64,000 nucleotides of DNA from Squalus acanthias (lineage: Eukaryota): the NCBI GenBank assembly GCA_030390025.1, contig CM059432.1, positions 138,696,001-138,760,000 on the forward strand, written 5' to 3'. A program made the position numbers and the translations under genes. This document shows, in pieces, positions 50,019-62,278 of this stretch. Numbering within the stretch: position 1 is the stretch's first letter; every line of letters begins with the position of its first letter. The notes under the pieces are model-generated. The model did not search any database. It was not told where the DNA came from and was given only the letters and a program-made list of their open reading frames with translations.

Positions 50019-51269
50019 CACATACATTTTGTTTAAAGTAAGGAAGACAGCAATTCGGCTCTTGGATTCCAGAATGGAAAAAGGTCTTCCATTCTGAAGC
50101 ACTGACATCTTCCAGTCCAATAAGCAAAGCAATTCACCAGAAATGCAAACAGGAAAACATGTTGCAATGGAACAAAAACATCAATTAAAATATATTATGC
50201 AGCAAGTGATTTTATTATTGAGACATGCAGCTATCACCATGTAAAACCGGACAGAGGATTTATTAAAGTTAATGAGGTGAATATTATTTTTTTAAATAAT
50301 AAAGAGGGCACATTTTACACTTGCTTCTGGAGTTCTATGCTTTAAGAATGAATGGAACAAGTTACACTGAAATTCTGTGTTCGGGTCATAATTATACTTG
50401 TATATATGGTATGCTTTTATAGAGAGTAACTTAGTTAGAAGCTGAGGAAGACGCAAGTCAAAATGTCCTCAATGAATTTCCACACAGTACGGAGGACTGG
50501 AATGATGCAATGGCCAAACTACGTTTAATCTTTAGTGCATCAAGAAACACCCTTTCAGGATGAAAGATGAATTGAGAGAGATTATAATCATCAGATGTTG
50601 AAAGAGTGGACTCGTTACATTGTGGGATTTTGAGGCAGAGATCTCACTCCGCTCGAGGCATCAGCATGTTTTAAAGGCTGGAAAATATCAAAAAAAAGGA
50701 GGCTGCTTAGATGTGATCCAATAATAGTCTTGTTCTTTCAGAGCACATCATCCAGCTGCACTTGTTCACAAGTACAGAAATAACACATCTCCTGCCTACC
50801 TGATTGACATGTGCACAACACCAGATCAGTGTGTAAAGAGAGCTATCAACTTGCCACACGCACTCTGCTGCTGTCAGCTGGAATTATCTACCCAATTCTC
50901 CAAACTACAGCACAGCCCTAGCCCGTGTCTTCTCTCTATCTATTGTAAAGATATGAAGCAAAGTAAATTTGGGCAGAATCAAGCAAGTTCCAATTGAACA
51001 TGGCCCCCGTAACATACAATTGTCAGGATTTGGTGTGGATTGTTACACCAGAATTTTTGTGCTGAATTTAAATAAATAATTACATCAAAAACGGTGTGAA
51101 GTTCCTAGTTTAAAGTTAAATCACACTCCAATTCTACCAGTCTGTCTCCAGCTGCAGCACTTAAGTAGATACCTTCAAGTTGGGGTTGGGATGTGTTGAC
51201 TCCAGCAGAACATCTCAAAAATCAACTGTTCCATGATATGCACAACAGGACTTATATTGTTAAAGCAAT

Positions 51270-51650
51270 GTACAGAGCAGAGAAGGTTAAGGGGAGATTT
51301 AATAAAGGTGTTCAAAAATGTTGAGCGATTTTGATAGAATAGGGATAAACTGTTTCCACTGGCAGTAACCAGAGGGCACAGATTTAAGGTAATTGGCAAA
51401 AGAGCCAGATTGGAGATGAGGAGAATTTTTTGTACGCAGCAAGTTGTTATGGTCTGGAAGGCACTGCCTGAAAGGAAGCAGATTCAATAGTAACTTTCAA
51501 AAGGGAATTGGATATATACTTGAAAAGGAAAATTTTGCAGGGCTACGGGGAAAGAGCAGGGGGGAGTGAGACTAATTGGACAGCTCTTTCAAAGAGCCGG
51601 CACAGGCACGATGGGCCGAATGGCCTCCTCCTGTGCTGTATGATTCTACA
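51270..51650 (+). mobile_element. CR1 3' fragment
   Basis: agaaggttaaggggagatttaata...accagagggcacagatttaagg...3' UTR. Confidence 0.82.
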
Positions 51651-52117
51651 TATGTACTGGTGTGATTTAGAACCCCTCTGATCAGAAGACTCACTTGGAA
51701 AGCAGATTTAAGTGTGTGTGACTGGATAAATGAACTATAAATAGTAATCCAGTTTCTTCCGATACGCAAAATGCATGCAGGCAAATCAGTGCGATATGAC
51801 ACATGAGGTGCATCCATTGCGACACTCTCAGCTTCAAAGGAAACCAACATCACTTATTAGGATAAGTACGAGTGGGGTCGGTTTGTTTGGTGCACATCAC
51901 ACATGCTAACATCTTTAGGTAGAGAGACCACTGGGATGGGTGATGAGGGGAATGGAAAGATTCAGACTGGAGCAGCGAAAGGTGCAGTTCGGAGGGTGGC
52001 CTGAGCGTATTTGAATCTGGCACGGTCAAAAAAAAGAGAATAACTGTTCTGCTTTCCACATTAATATGCCGCACATTACTGGTCAAAAAACAAATTTTAA
52101 AGTTCTGCCGTTATTAA

Positions 52118-52592
52118 AGAAAGAAAAAAAGACTTGCATTCATATAGCACCTTTCACGACCTCAGGACATCCCAAAGCGCATTACAACCAATTAAGTACT
52201 TTTTGAAGTGTAGGCACTGTTGTAATGTATGAAACACGGCAGCCAATTTGTGCACAGTAAGCTCCCACACACAGCAATGTGATAATGACCAGGTAATCTG
52301 TTTTAGTGATGTTGGCTGAGGGATAAATATTGGCCCCAGAACATCAGGGAGAACTCCACTGCTCCTCTTCAAAATCGTGCCATGGGATCTTTTACATCCA
52401 GCTGAGAGAGCAGACGGGGCCTCAGTTTAATGTCTCCATCTGAAAGACGGCACCTCAGACAGTGCAGCACTCCCTCAGTACTGCACTGGAGTGTCAGCCT
52501 AGATTTTTGTGCTCAAGTCTCTGGAGTGGGACTTGAACCCACAACCTTCTGACTCAGAGGCGAGTGTGCTACCCACTGAGCCACGGCTGATA
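52118..52592 (-). mobile_element. Full-length DeuSINE
   Basis: Head, Deu core and tail. Confidence 0.88.
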
Positions 52593-52844
52593 CTGTAAGT
52601 CTGTTATTAATTTTTTTACAGACAGGTATGCAGATTTGAACAGTTTGACTGGCTCCAACTGTATGTTTCATCCAATTCCTGATCACTGGTTACATGCAAG
52701 GACCATCTGTTAGGACTGCTAAACATCACAATCTGTTTTAATGGGTAGTCAGTGTATGATATGGTCACTGGATGTCAAAGTGACAGCTACTGGCATGTTA
52801 TGCGGTTTGTAGATGGTGACTGTGACTGCTGTAGATACGTTGGG

Positions 52845-54322
52845 GGGGGGGGGGGGATTTTTCAGGGGGGGTCAGGGGGCCCGTTTGATGGTGGGTCGGC
52901 TGGGAATTTTTTTTTTGACAGCAGTTAGGGAACCCGCTGTCAACCCGCCTCCACGCTAGTCTCCCAGATGTCGGGTCTGTCAGCGACGAACAGTCCCGAC
53001 ACCAAGCGGCGGGCGAGGCAATTTAGATAATTAGAGAGATTGTTAAGAGGCAATTAAGTAGTATTTTAAGCTCACCTTTAGATTTTGAGTGTTCGCCAAC
53101 GGCTTCCCTGCTGCTCGGGGATCACGTCAGGTAAGGAGGTCGGGTGTTGTGTCAGCAGGTGATGATTTCTAAACATGACAGCTGCAAATGGTCTATAAAA
53201 GCTCCCATTTCAAAGGTGTTCACTTTCCAAGGTTAGAAGCTCTTGCTTACTGCATTTGGAAGACAGATTGAGCTTTATGCAGGCTGCAAGTGTTTGGCCA
53301 AACTCTCTATCCAGAGCCACCTCATTGGAACAATCTCTCTCCCCAGTGACAGATCGCTTCTGTCATCTCAACCTCACCTGCCATCTATACCATCAGCATC
53401 GGTGCCCTTGAAACTATCTCACTTTGGTCCTCAGAATCCGACCATGAGCATCCCCAACACCAGCATCACCAGGCACACTAGCAGCACCAACAACAACACC
53501 AACCTTCTCCACAATCAGCTGGTGCTGCACAGGACACAGGGCATCAGCACCCGACCACATTGCTGCCTGGGAGGCCAGGGATGGCCTCACCATGACCAGA
53601 TTTACTTCACTTGACGCTGTACACCCTGGCTGCCACATGATGCGCCAGGTTGGCACCACCCCACACCAACACCATAAAGCATCCCTACAATGCCCAAGCC
53701 ATTCCTTTCACACTCATCACCATTGCGGGGAGTACCGTTATGTCTCACCATTCACTGCAACTCACTAAGCCACTTCCAAAGGTGCACAAAAATCTGTCCA
53801 AGAACGCAAAGTGTTGAATATAAAGATTTCAATGTTTGACAGCACATTAACAGAAACTTCACATGAACATTGGCTAAAACACCCAAGTGCCTACCCTTGT
53901 GTGTTGTTAGTTGGTATGATTGCATTAGGATGAGGGTGAGTGTGAGGGGTGGCTAGTGAGATGGGGATGTGATAATATAGATAGAGAGGGACCAAGGTAA
54001 GCTGGTGTGAGTAAGGTTGTGCAGGAGTAGGGTAGGGAAGGCAGAGTAATGGGATGTGACGGGTGGTACAGCAGGATGAGGTTGAGTGTGGCTTTGCAGT
54101 AACGTTTCGTGATCTACTGAGATTATTGAACGGTTTCTGCCACTGCAGCCTGGTCCTCCTTACAACATCCCTGCTTGTGCCCTCCTCTGCAATGTGCAAC
54201 CAGGTTGCGTTGATCTCCTGGGGAGGTCTCTTCCGCCCATGGGAAGGAAAGAGAACCTCCCTGCATGCTGTGACTCCCTCCATAAGCATATGGAGGGAGT
54301 CATGGGAGAGCCTGGGTGCAAC
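52845..54322 (-). mobile_element. Non-autonomous Harbinger derivative, copy A (promoter-side end lost)
   Basis: Reverse complement of ~57631-59080; degenerate Myb exon 1 (EGVTACREVLFPSHGRKRPPQ...WLHIAEE). Confidence 0.85.
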
Positions 54323-54510
54323 TGGATTGTCGTTAAAAACTCAACTGGTTCACAAATGTCCTTCAGGGAAGAGAACCTGCCACCCCCACCTGGTTGGGTC
54401 TACAGTCCCACATTACGTGGTTAACTCTTAATGCCCTCAGGGCAATTAGGAACGGGCAATAAATGCTGTCTTGCCGGTGTTCCCACATCCCAAGAACAAA
54501 TAAAAGTAAA
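54322..54510 (+). mobile_element. SINE family B fragment
   Basis: ggattgtcgttaaaaac...ctggttcac...gggcaataaatgctg. Confidence 0.65.
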
Positions 54511-54539
54511 AAATGCAACACATCATCAAAGACTGCACA

Positions 54540-54946
54540 AGATTACACAAACTAGGGTTTTATTCCCTGAAGGAGTGATTTGATCAAAGTTTTCAAGATA
54601 TTAAGAGGAACAGATAGGGTAGATAGATAGTTCCGCTGGTTGGGGAGTCTAGGACTAGGGGGCATAGTCTAAAAATTAGAGCCAGGCCTTTCAGGAGTGA
54701 AGTTAGGAAACACTTCTACACACAAAGGATGGTAGAAGTTTGGAAATCTCTTCTGCAAATGGCAACTGATACTAGATCAATTGTTAATTTTAAATCTGAG
54801 ATTGATAGATTTTTGTTAACCAAAGGTATTAAGGGATATGGGGCAAAGGTGGGGATATGAAGTTAGGTCACAGGTCAGCCATGATCTCATTGAATGTTGG
54901 AACAGGTCTGAAGGGCTAAATGGTCTACTCCTGTTCCTATGTTCCT
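54540..54946 (+). mobile_element. CR1 3' fragment
   Basis: ggactagggggcatagtctaaaaattag...acacttctacacacaaagg...tgttcctatgttccta. Confidence 0.8.
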
Positions 54947-55049
54947 ACTAATGAGAGAAATAGATTCAGTCAATCTCCCACCCACAATTACATTGTTCTT
55001 GGAGTTGGGAGTACACAGCCTAGATAAAATTAACAATTTGGCCATGTGC

Positions 55050-55560
55050 TCTCCTGGCTTCCAGCTTCTTCAAGGGTTTTTAACTGAGTTTTACAATGTC
55101 CCACAATCTTCTAACCTGCCGCCTGCTCTACAAATTACTCGCCGGAACTAAATTCGGCCTGTTCCATTCGGATTACTCTGAAGACTTCCAAAGCCTCCAA
55201 TATACTTGCCACGACAACCTGAAAAACGATCTTAAGAACCACTGATATCAGAAAGGTTCCTTGTTCATTTATGGTTTTATGTGGATCCCCCTTCTTGTAG
55301 ACAGAAATGACTGCTGTGTTCTTGAAGAGCGAGGTTATGTGTGCTTCAAACACCAGCCTCACAAAGGCAGCTCCGAGGTGAGTCGGCAGTTCCAGGCCCT
55401 GATATCCAAAGCCATGGGATAGTATAGGGATTCAGCACGAGTATTATCTATGCCCAGCACCCTAGGATTAGCTAGGTCAAGTAGTGTGGAGTTGAATTGG
55501 TCATTAGCTAACTGATTCATCAAGGTTTTCTAACTGTGCAACGCACTTCAGCAGCGATCT
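55050..55560 (-). mobile_element. Ancient non-LTR retrotransposon RT N-terminal fragment (RTE-group-like)
   Basis: LANPRVLGIDNTRAE (cf. LxNxKAPGxDxIxAE), then VISVYKKGDPHKTINEQGTFLISVVLKI...IRMEQAEF (cf. VPIxKKGDxxxxxNYRGISLxSxxxK...EQAGF). Confidence 0.6.
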
Positions 55561-55819
55561 CATCCTTCATATGCCTGGGTCCTTAATGTGGCCCGTTGTG
55601 TTAGACACCAACTTAGTATGATATTGTCCCTAGATCCTGAGGGTGCTGGTATTGGCTTTGTTGCAGATTTGATATTTGTTCTAGTGTTAACAACTAAGAG
55701 CAAAATTAAATGGCATAATATTGGTGATAACTCACTGCTGTTAAGCTTTGTTTTCCCTATTCCCCAAATTATGAGAAAATGATTTGATGTTATGGCCAAG
55801 TCACTTGGCCTAACTTTCA

Positions 55820-56233
55820 ACAACAACAACAACTTGCATTTATATAGCGCCTTTATCTTAATAAAAGGTCCCGAGGCACTTCACAGGAGCGATTATCAAA
55901 CAAAATTTGACACCGAGCCACATAAGGAGATACTAGGATAGGTGACCAAATGCTTGATCAAAGAGGTAGGTTTTAAGGAACGTCTTAAAGGAGGAGAGAG
56001 GTAGAGAGGCAGAGAGGCTTATGGAGGGAATTCCAGAGCCTAGGGCCTAGGCAGCTGAAGGCACGGCCGCCAATGGTGGAGCAATGGAAATCGGGGATGC
56101 ACAAGGAGGTCAGAATTGGAGGAGCACAGAAATCTCGGAGGCTTGAAGGGCTGGAGGAGATTACAGAGATAGGGAGGGGAGTGGCCATGGAGGGATTTGA
56201 AAACAAGGATGTGAATTTTAAAATCGAGGCGTT
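55820..56233 (-). mobile_element. L2 3' fragment
   Basis: RLDFKIHILVFKSLHG..PPYL; GGRAFSCLGPRLWNSL; (ttg)n tail. Confidence 0.87.
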
Positions 56234-56742
56234 TCACCCGGTTATGCTTAACAGCCAAACAGGAAGGCATCTATTGTGACTGGTAAGGAAAGGGGTGGTG
56301 TTTATAGAGGCAATAAGTAGATGATATTGATCCCAACAAAGTAGCATCAAAAGGCTTCTTCTGATACAGTAATTGTTGGCATTTTGTGCAACAATGAATA
56401 CTGGGGTGACCGAGGGTTTGATCGGCAATGATTTGATTGGCAATGATTTGCCTCATGAAGATAATCATTATCACCAATCCTAAAGATCTGTCGCTAAACT
56501 TTAAACTTTATCTGCAATTCCTTATGTGCCAAGTTGCTGATCTAACAGAAAAGAGGCAGCAAAATGGGAGACCAGTTGCTTCTTCACTAAAAAGCAAACA
56601 AAATTAGGGGGAGTATCGTCTGGTATAACTTTGCTAACCTCCTAATAATCAGTAACAGAGTCACACCAGCAGAGGATTGGGGTTCGAACCTCTCGGGTTT
56701 ATGTGGAAATTTCTATCGTGTAAAGGAAATGGCAAATATTTA

Positions 56743-56956
56743 AGCCTCGCTTTTAACCGAAGGTGTCCGGCGACAAAGGAGCATGTTCAGGCTGAACGCC
56801 GATTTACACCCCGCCCCATTTACACCCTATTTTAATGGGTTTCAATGGAGCCGAAAATGGGGAAGGTGCATATCGGGCGGGGTGCAAATGGGGCAGGGTG
56901 TAAAATGGGGCTGGGTGTAAATCGGGTTTCCAACCCAGTAGGTTAAAATCGGAGCT
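56743..56956. mobile_element. Palindromic Harbinger-like MITE
   Basis: Ends gcctcgcttttaacc / ggttaaaatcggagc; internal arms ccgatttacaccccgccccattttacaccct / agggtgtaaaatggggctgggtgtaaatcgg. Confidence 0.6.
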
Positions 56957-57354
56957 ATCATTTTGAAATAGAAACGATATTTTTTCCATGTTATTAAGGT
57001 TTTCTCAATCCACAATCCCACCCCCTTGTCAGTTGGTTAAATTACCTTATCTATGGTATTTGAAGGAGAACAAATGACTAATTGTGCATTTGAAGTTGAC
57101 GTGTTCCGAGCAGAGATTTTTAAGTGCTTGCAAATCTTTAAATCATATTTATACATTACCCTCTTCTGTAAAGTGCAAGTATAAATTAAATAAAAATCAA
57201 TACACTTGACTCCATTCATTTTACAATTTATTTTTCCACTGAAAATGATGGTACACTGGCTTGTCACTCTTGCGCAAGGGCGTGTCTGCATAACACCAGC
57301 TCTGGTTTGCGCCAATGCATTTTTACAGAAACAAAGTACAATATGTTACATTTT

Positions 57355-59080
57355 GGCCGCAATTTTGCTGACCTCGGCGGGCCCCGACCCCGCTGCTGGC
57401 TCCATCCCGCTGTGTAGAATGAATTTCCCTTGATTGGACTTGTTAAGCCCGCCCAGCGCGTTTCCTGGCCAATTAGAGGAAGCGGGTCTGGTGACATCAT
57501 TGGATGACGCGTCATCAGCCGGTTTCCTTAAAGGGACCATGGCCAACTTTATTTTGACCTTTGTGCTGTCAGTGTTCTACAGCATTGAGGTGCTGCAAAC
57601 ACTGACAAGCACTGCACAGAGGAGCACAGCTGCACCCAGGCTCTCCCATGACTCCCTCCATATGCTTATGGAGAGAGTCACAGCATGCAGTAAGGTTCTC
57701 TTCCCTTCCAATGGGCGGAAGAGACCTCACCAGGAGATCAACACAGCCTGGTTGCACATTGCAGAGGAGGGCACAAGCAGGGATGTTGTCAGGAGGATCT
57801 GGCTGCAGTACCACAAAGGTTTCATTTATCTCAGTGGATCACAAAATGTTAGTACAAAGCCACACTCAACCTCATCCTGCTGTGCCTCTCATCACATCCC
57901 CATCACTCTGCCTTCCCTACCCTACTCCTTCACATCCTTACTCACACCAACTTACCTTGGACCTCCACCCATCCCTCTCTATCGACATTATCACATCCAC
58001 ATCTCACTAGCCACCCCTCACACTCACCCTCATCCTAGCACAATCATACCAACTAACAACACACAAGGGTAGGCACTTGGATATTTTAGCCAATGTTCAT
58101 GTAAAGTTTCTGTTAATGTGCTGTCAAACATTGAAACCTTTATTTTCAACACTTTGCATTCTTGGACAGATTTGTGTGCACCTTTGGAAGTGGCTTAGTG
58201 AATTACAGTGAATGGTGAGACATAATGGTACCCCCCACATTGGTAATGAGTGTGAAAGGAATGGCTTGGGTATTGTAGGGATGCTTTATGGTGTTGGTGT
58301 GGGGTGGTGCCAACCTGGTGCATTATGTGGCAGCCAGGGTGTACAGCGTCAAGTGAAGTAAATCTAGCCATGGTGACGCCATCCCTGGCCTCCCGGGCAC
58401 CAATGTGGTCGGGTGCTGATGCCCTGTGTCCTGTGCAGCATCAGCTGATTGCGGAGAAGGTTGATGGTGTTGTTGTTGGTGCTGCTGGTGTGCCTGGTGA
58501 TGCTGGTGTTGGGGCTGATCGTGGTTGGATTCTGAGGACCAAGGTTAGAGAGTATAATGGGCACCCATGCTGATGGAATAGATGGCAGGTGAAGTAGAGA
58601 TGACAGAAGCCATCTGTCAATGGTGAGAGAGGTAATGAGGTCAGACTGGATGGAGACTTGTGTAAAGACTTGCAGCATGGTGAATCTGTTGTGGAAATGC
58701 AGTGAGGAAAAGCTTGTGGCTCAGGGAGGATATCTCTGTAAGGTGGGAGCTTTTACTTTACATTTGAAGCTGTCAACGCATCAGCTGATTCAATGGCCAC
58801 TGAACTCCCGCCTCAGCTTAACAGGCGTAGGTCCACGACCAGCGTGGACGAGCACGTAAAATCAAAAGGTAAGCTCAAATGTATTCTTAATGATCGCTAA
58901 ACAAAGTCCTAATTACCTGAATTGGGTTCCCCCGCTGCTGCGTGTCAGGTCTGCTCAGCGCCGACAGACCCGACATTGGGAAAGGCGCGTGGTGGCGGGT
59001 TGACAGCGGGGTCCCGACCCACTGGGGGGAAAAAACTTTCCCACCCGATCCGCCACCAACCCCCCCGGAAAATCTCGGCC
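57355..59080 (+). mobile_element. Non-autonomous Harbinger derivative, copy B (complete, 1726 bp)
   Basis: TIRs ggccgcaatttt / aaaatctcggcc with TTT on both sides; degenerate Myb exon 1 (AAPRLSHDSL...WLHIAEE) and an antisense transposase remnant. Confidence 0.87.
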
Positions 59081-59376
59081 TTTATGTTTCTTGCACTTAG
59101 AAATTAAAACAATTCTTGACGGCAAAATGCACCACTAAGCGCAAATAGATTCCAGCAATCTGCAGTATCGTGACTTAGAAGCAAATCTCGAGTTTAATTG
59201 AATAGGATTGTTCAGTGTAGCCAACGGAAGTCTCAACGCTAATACAGTGCCTTTACTTGCACAGGCTTAGAGTGCAAGGATCACAATTTGTGGGACGTTA
59301 TCCCACGGAACACTCTGCTGGCAGTCTAGTCACTGTATCACTTGCACTTTGTGCCAGGGTGGAAAGTACTGCACAA

Positions 59377-59542
59377 CAATGTCCCCTCATTTTTTGGGTG
59401 CGCGGTCCCTTTAAGTGGCTGCGCGGCCCATTCAAATTTTCACGCATGCTCGCCCACGGGTTTCTCCCATATAATAGCCAGCGGGCAGCCCACGCAGGAC
59501 CTCTAGGCCGCAGCGCAGTCACGCAGCTTAGCGGAAACGCTG
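59377..59542. mobile_element. hAT-type MITE (caaygttccc family)
   Basis: Inverted homologue of 9935-10074; 8-bp flanks ctgcacaa / ctgcacag (7/8 match). Confidence 0.75.
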
Positions 59543-61486
59543 CTGCACAGGCGTGAATTATTCATGATTTGGGGAGTGCCACTCTTTAAAAAAAAGTCTT
59601 TGTTCGATAAACAATTAATGCAAATCCTTCGCAGAGTTTAGCAAACAGGGATTACTTTGCAGCGTTTGTCCCCAAGCCAGAAACATCTTAAAAGAATGCG
59701 AACGTGAGAACAATGAAAAGACACACGAAAGTGAAAGATAGAGAAGGGAAGAGACACAACACAAAAACAGTCAGGTAACAATCGATGTAAATGTTATCCA
59801 GATGAACACTCATTAGTATTGTGAGCTTAGATGAAAAGCTGCTCTTGATACTGTTTGGTTTAGCAAACCTAGTACACTGAACAAACAATACTGTTTGGAC
59901 AAACTGATTAAAACTGGCCTCCTAAGTAGTAGCCCCACAGAATAGTCTGATACATTAACAGCTGAGTGTGGATGCAGTATTCGCATTGTCCCTCACAACC
60001 ACAGAACGATAAACTGAAATATTTTTACAGACATGGTTGAAAAAATTTAAATTTGCAAAGAGTGCCTTTAACTTCATCCCTCCTCTCTGGATTCTTCCTC
60101 TAAATGACAATGTTACGAGGATGGTCATATTGATGCAGTTTGGGCAAACGCAGGTTTTTAAAAAAAAAAACTATAATCATTCTGCTCTCGCTTTTTTCTA
60201 TAAGGATTACATATTATGATGTATTTTTGAGTGTTAATTTGTGCTTCCAATATAGAAAATTGGTTTTTAATTTCAGCTTTCATCAAGCAAAACACATGTG
60301 GATGCAAAAATGTATAAATTTCTCAAGGCAGCTGTTGAAAGTGTCACAGTTGCGAATGATATGCAATGTGACGCATGGCAAATCATTTTCTTGTTTCTTA
60401 ACAATGCGCCGGTTCTGTATTTACACAAGGGCAAACAATTTTCAATTTATCACCACCTTATTGGCGATGTGTTTTAAACGCAGGATTTCTGAGAACAAAC
60501 TTTGACATTTGGTTGAACTAAATGAAGTGTGATTCAAATAGTGTCTCTGGTTACGCAAGATTTCAGACAATTGTTAAACCATATGGTGTGGGTTTTTTTT
60601 CCCTGCCATCATTCTGAGAACTCGATTCGCCGTACATCTGCGTTCAGTGAAATAAATGGTGCAACTGACAGCATTTCAGCTTTCTTAAAATATTTCAATC
60701 ATTTTTACACCAAGTTTCGGCAAACATCTGCTACAGAAAACTCCTTCCACTGCAATACTTTGTGTCACTCGCAATCCTCTTAATTATTCCATTTATTTTA
60801 TTGATTTCAGTCAAATCTTTTCAAGCTCTACCCTTTCAGATTCTGAAGTTTAAATCTTTTGTCAAATCTGACATCTATTTTTTTTTTATTTCATGTGCAA
60901 GTCGTGAATACTCTTCACGTTTTAACTGTTCCCATACCAAATGCCTTTGACAGCTTTCAAAATATGCAGTTTGGTTTGACATTAACATCTGTCAGAATGA
61001 TTTGCAGTGAATTTATAATCTTGAACATCTTGACAGAAACAGAGACATGTACAGCACAGTAGAATATGTAATGTCCTTTTCCCCCACAGTTCCCCATATT
61101 ATTTTCTTTTATAAAAAATTTCAACCCCACCCCCACCCCGTACCTGGCAGCCTGTCCTGTGGAGTAGCGACCTGCCCAAGATCCGCAGCAATGGCCTGCT
61201 AACCGAAGACTTAAGAAGCACAAAAACGTCCCGTCACGTTTTCCCTGCCAGGAAGCAGCTGGACTCAACTTGGCACTTCCTTCGTGCACCTGAATTAGAT
61301 GGGAACTAACCTTTTGGGACATTACGAGAGTAAATCCACATCCCACCCACTTTTACCACGGTGATTTAGCAATCCACAAATCATATATGGGGTACTGCCA
61401 GCAACAACAGAACACAGCTAATTTCATCGTTGTCTTTGGAAATAAAACCTATAACAACACCAATTTTGATACATATTTCCAGCGAG

Positions 61487-61940
61487 AGTCATGCCATGGT
61501 TCAATTGGCAGCACTCTTGCCTCTGAGTCAGAAGGTTGTGGGTTCAAGTCTCACTCCAGAGACTTGAGCACAAAAATCTAGGCTGACACTCCCAGTGCAG
61601 TGCTGAGAGAGTGCTGCACTGTCGGAGGTGCCGTCTTTTGGATGAGATGTTAAACCCAGGTGGGCGTAAAAGAACCCACGGCACTATTTTGAAGAGGAGC
61701 GGGGGAGTTCTCCCTGGTGTCCTGGCCAATATTTATCCCTCAACTAACATCACTTAAAAAAAAATTATCTGGTCATTATCGTGTTGCTGTTTGTGGGATA
61801 TTGCTGTGCGCAAATTGGCTGTCGCGTTTCCTACATTATAACAGTGACTACACTTCAAAAGTACTTCATTGGCTGTAAAGCGCTTTAGGCCGTCCTGAGG
61901 TCATGAAAGGTGCTATATAAATGCAGGTCGTTCTTTTTTT
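61487..61940 (+). mobile_element. Full-length DeuSINE
   Basis: Head, Deu core and tail. Confidence 0.88.
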
Positions 61941-62278
61941 TAAAAACCTGGTCAGGTGTGCAAGCAATGATTCTGTTTGGAAAAAAACATTAGCAGCCTC
62001 CTATTTGAATAGATGAAGAAGATCATCTCCAGTATTATTTGCAAGTTAGATTAATGTTGATGTATACTGTCTGAATTATAACACTGTCTTTTAAATGAGG
62101 GTCCCTAGATCCCTTGGGGCGTTATACTTAATACTGAGGAGGACTGCGACAAAATACAACATGTTCATAAACCTGCAGAATGGGCGTGTAAATAGCAAAT
62201 TTATTTCAATATAGATAAGTGTGGCGTGGTGCATTTTGGTAGGAGGAATAAGGAGGTCACACAGTCCTTGGAAAATAA

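Noticed and set aside
50430..50640. Possible Gypsy gag relic (WNDAMAKLRLIFSASRN)
   Set aside because: Too short and degenerate; no LTR or pol sequence nearby.
60300..60960. Possible ancient Tigger/pogo transposase relic on the minus strand (KLSKAFGMGT)
   Set aside because: A single weak HTH-like motif with many stops; cannot be supported without a profile search.
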